A stretch of 64,000 nucleotides of DNA from Camelus ferus (Eukaryota): NCBI RefSeq assembly GCF_009834535.1, contig NC_045697.1, forward strand, positions 109,060,001 through 109,124,000, written 5' to 3'. A model generated the notes under the pieces. That model was given only the letters and a program-made list of their open reading frames with translations, made no database searches and was not told the origin of the DNA. A program made the translations under genes and the position numbers. Of the stretch, positions 63,701 through 64,000 are shown in pieces. The number at the start of each line of letters is the position of its first letter. Positions within the stretch are counted from its first letter, which is position 1.

Positions 63701-64000
63701 GCTATGTGAATATTTTTTAAAAATCTACTCTGCAGCTGTTGGGTGCAGGATTTAGAACATTTAAGTTAGGTCAGATTTGTGAATTGTGGGTTTCAAATTT
63801 TCCATATTCTTACTGGTTTGTTTGGTTTTTGTTTGCTTTTGTCTACTTGTCCTATCAGTTTCTGAGAGTTGTATGTTAAAATCTCCCACCTTGATTGTGG
63901 ATTTGTCTATTCCTTCTTTTGGATATGCCAATTTTTGTGTTATATGTTTTTGGACCTATGTTATTAGCAACATATAAATTTAGAATTGTTATATCTGCCT
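60760..64000 (-). mobile_element. Old L1 (L1ME/MD-like) 3' end and ORF2 fragments, running off the window end
   Basis: ctacccagatcaggaaacag; cccaggagtggaattgctgggtca; ttaaaatctcccaccttgattgtggatttgtctatt (antisense EN). Confidence 0.8.
60965..61676 (-). mobile_element. L1MB-like 3' end nested in the older L1
   Basis: aaaattgaccatatt..ttaagtgtacag..tctaggtacctcagataagtggaatcatgcagtat. Confidence 0.8.

Noticed and set aside
61267..63977. Hydrophobic + strand ORFs
   Set aside because: Antisense translations of L1
1..64000. CRISPR array, operon or named host gene
   Set aside because: No repeat-spacer array or dense ORFs; eukaryotic repeat landscape; locus identity cannot be supported from sequence alone

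Overview
Mammalian non-coding DNA, most likely camelid (camel/alpaca), inferred from about nine copies of a tRNA-Ala(AGC)-derived SINE resembling vic-1. I find no credible host protein-coding exon, functional RNA gene, CRISPR array or prokaryotic system. The only recognisable protein fragments are degenerate LINE-1 ORF1/ORF2. The window alternates GC-rich unique stretches (about 1-12, 21-28, 40-45 and 51-58 kb, with a small CpG island near 23.0-23.4 kb and several enhancer-like motif clusters) with AT-rich blocks of old L1, L2, MIR, MaLR LTRs and hAT/Tigger MITEs. The most interesting signals are insertion-mechanism oddities. These are: an ERV transcript apparently retroposed in trans by L1 (18-bp TSD, U5 missing, palindromic 5' junction); an orphan polyadenylated retrocopy inside an L1; an apparently captured genomic fragment inside another L1; a three-level nest Charlie1 > L1MD > SINE; and an old L1 remnant that seems converted into a GC/CpG-rich promoter-like element. 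Repeat subfamily names come from recalled consensus sequences, not a database run, and many boundaries are approximate. No undescribed biological system is demonstrated.
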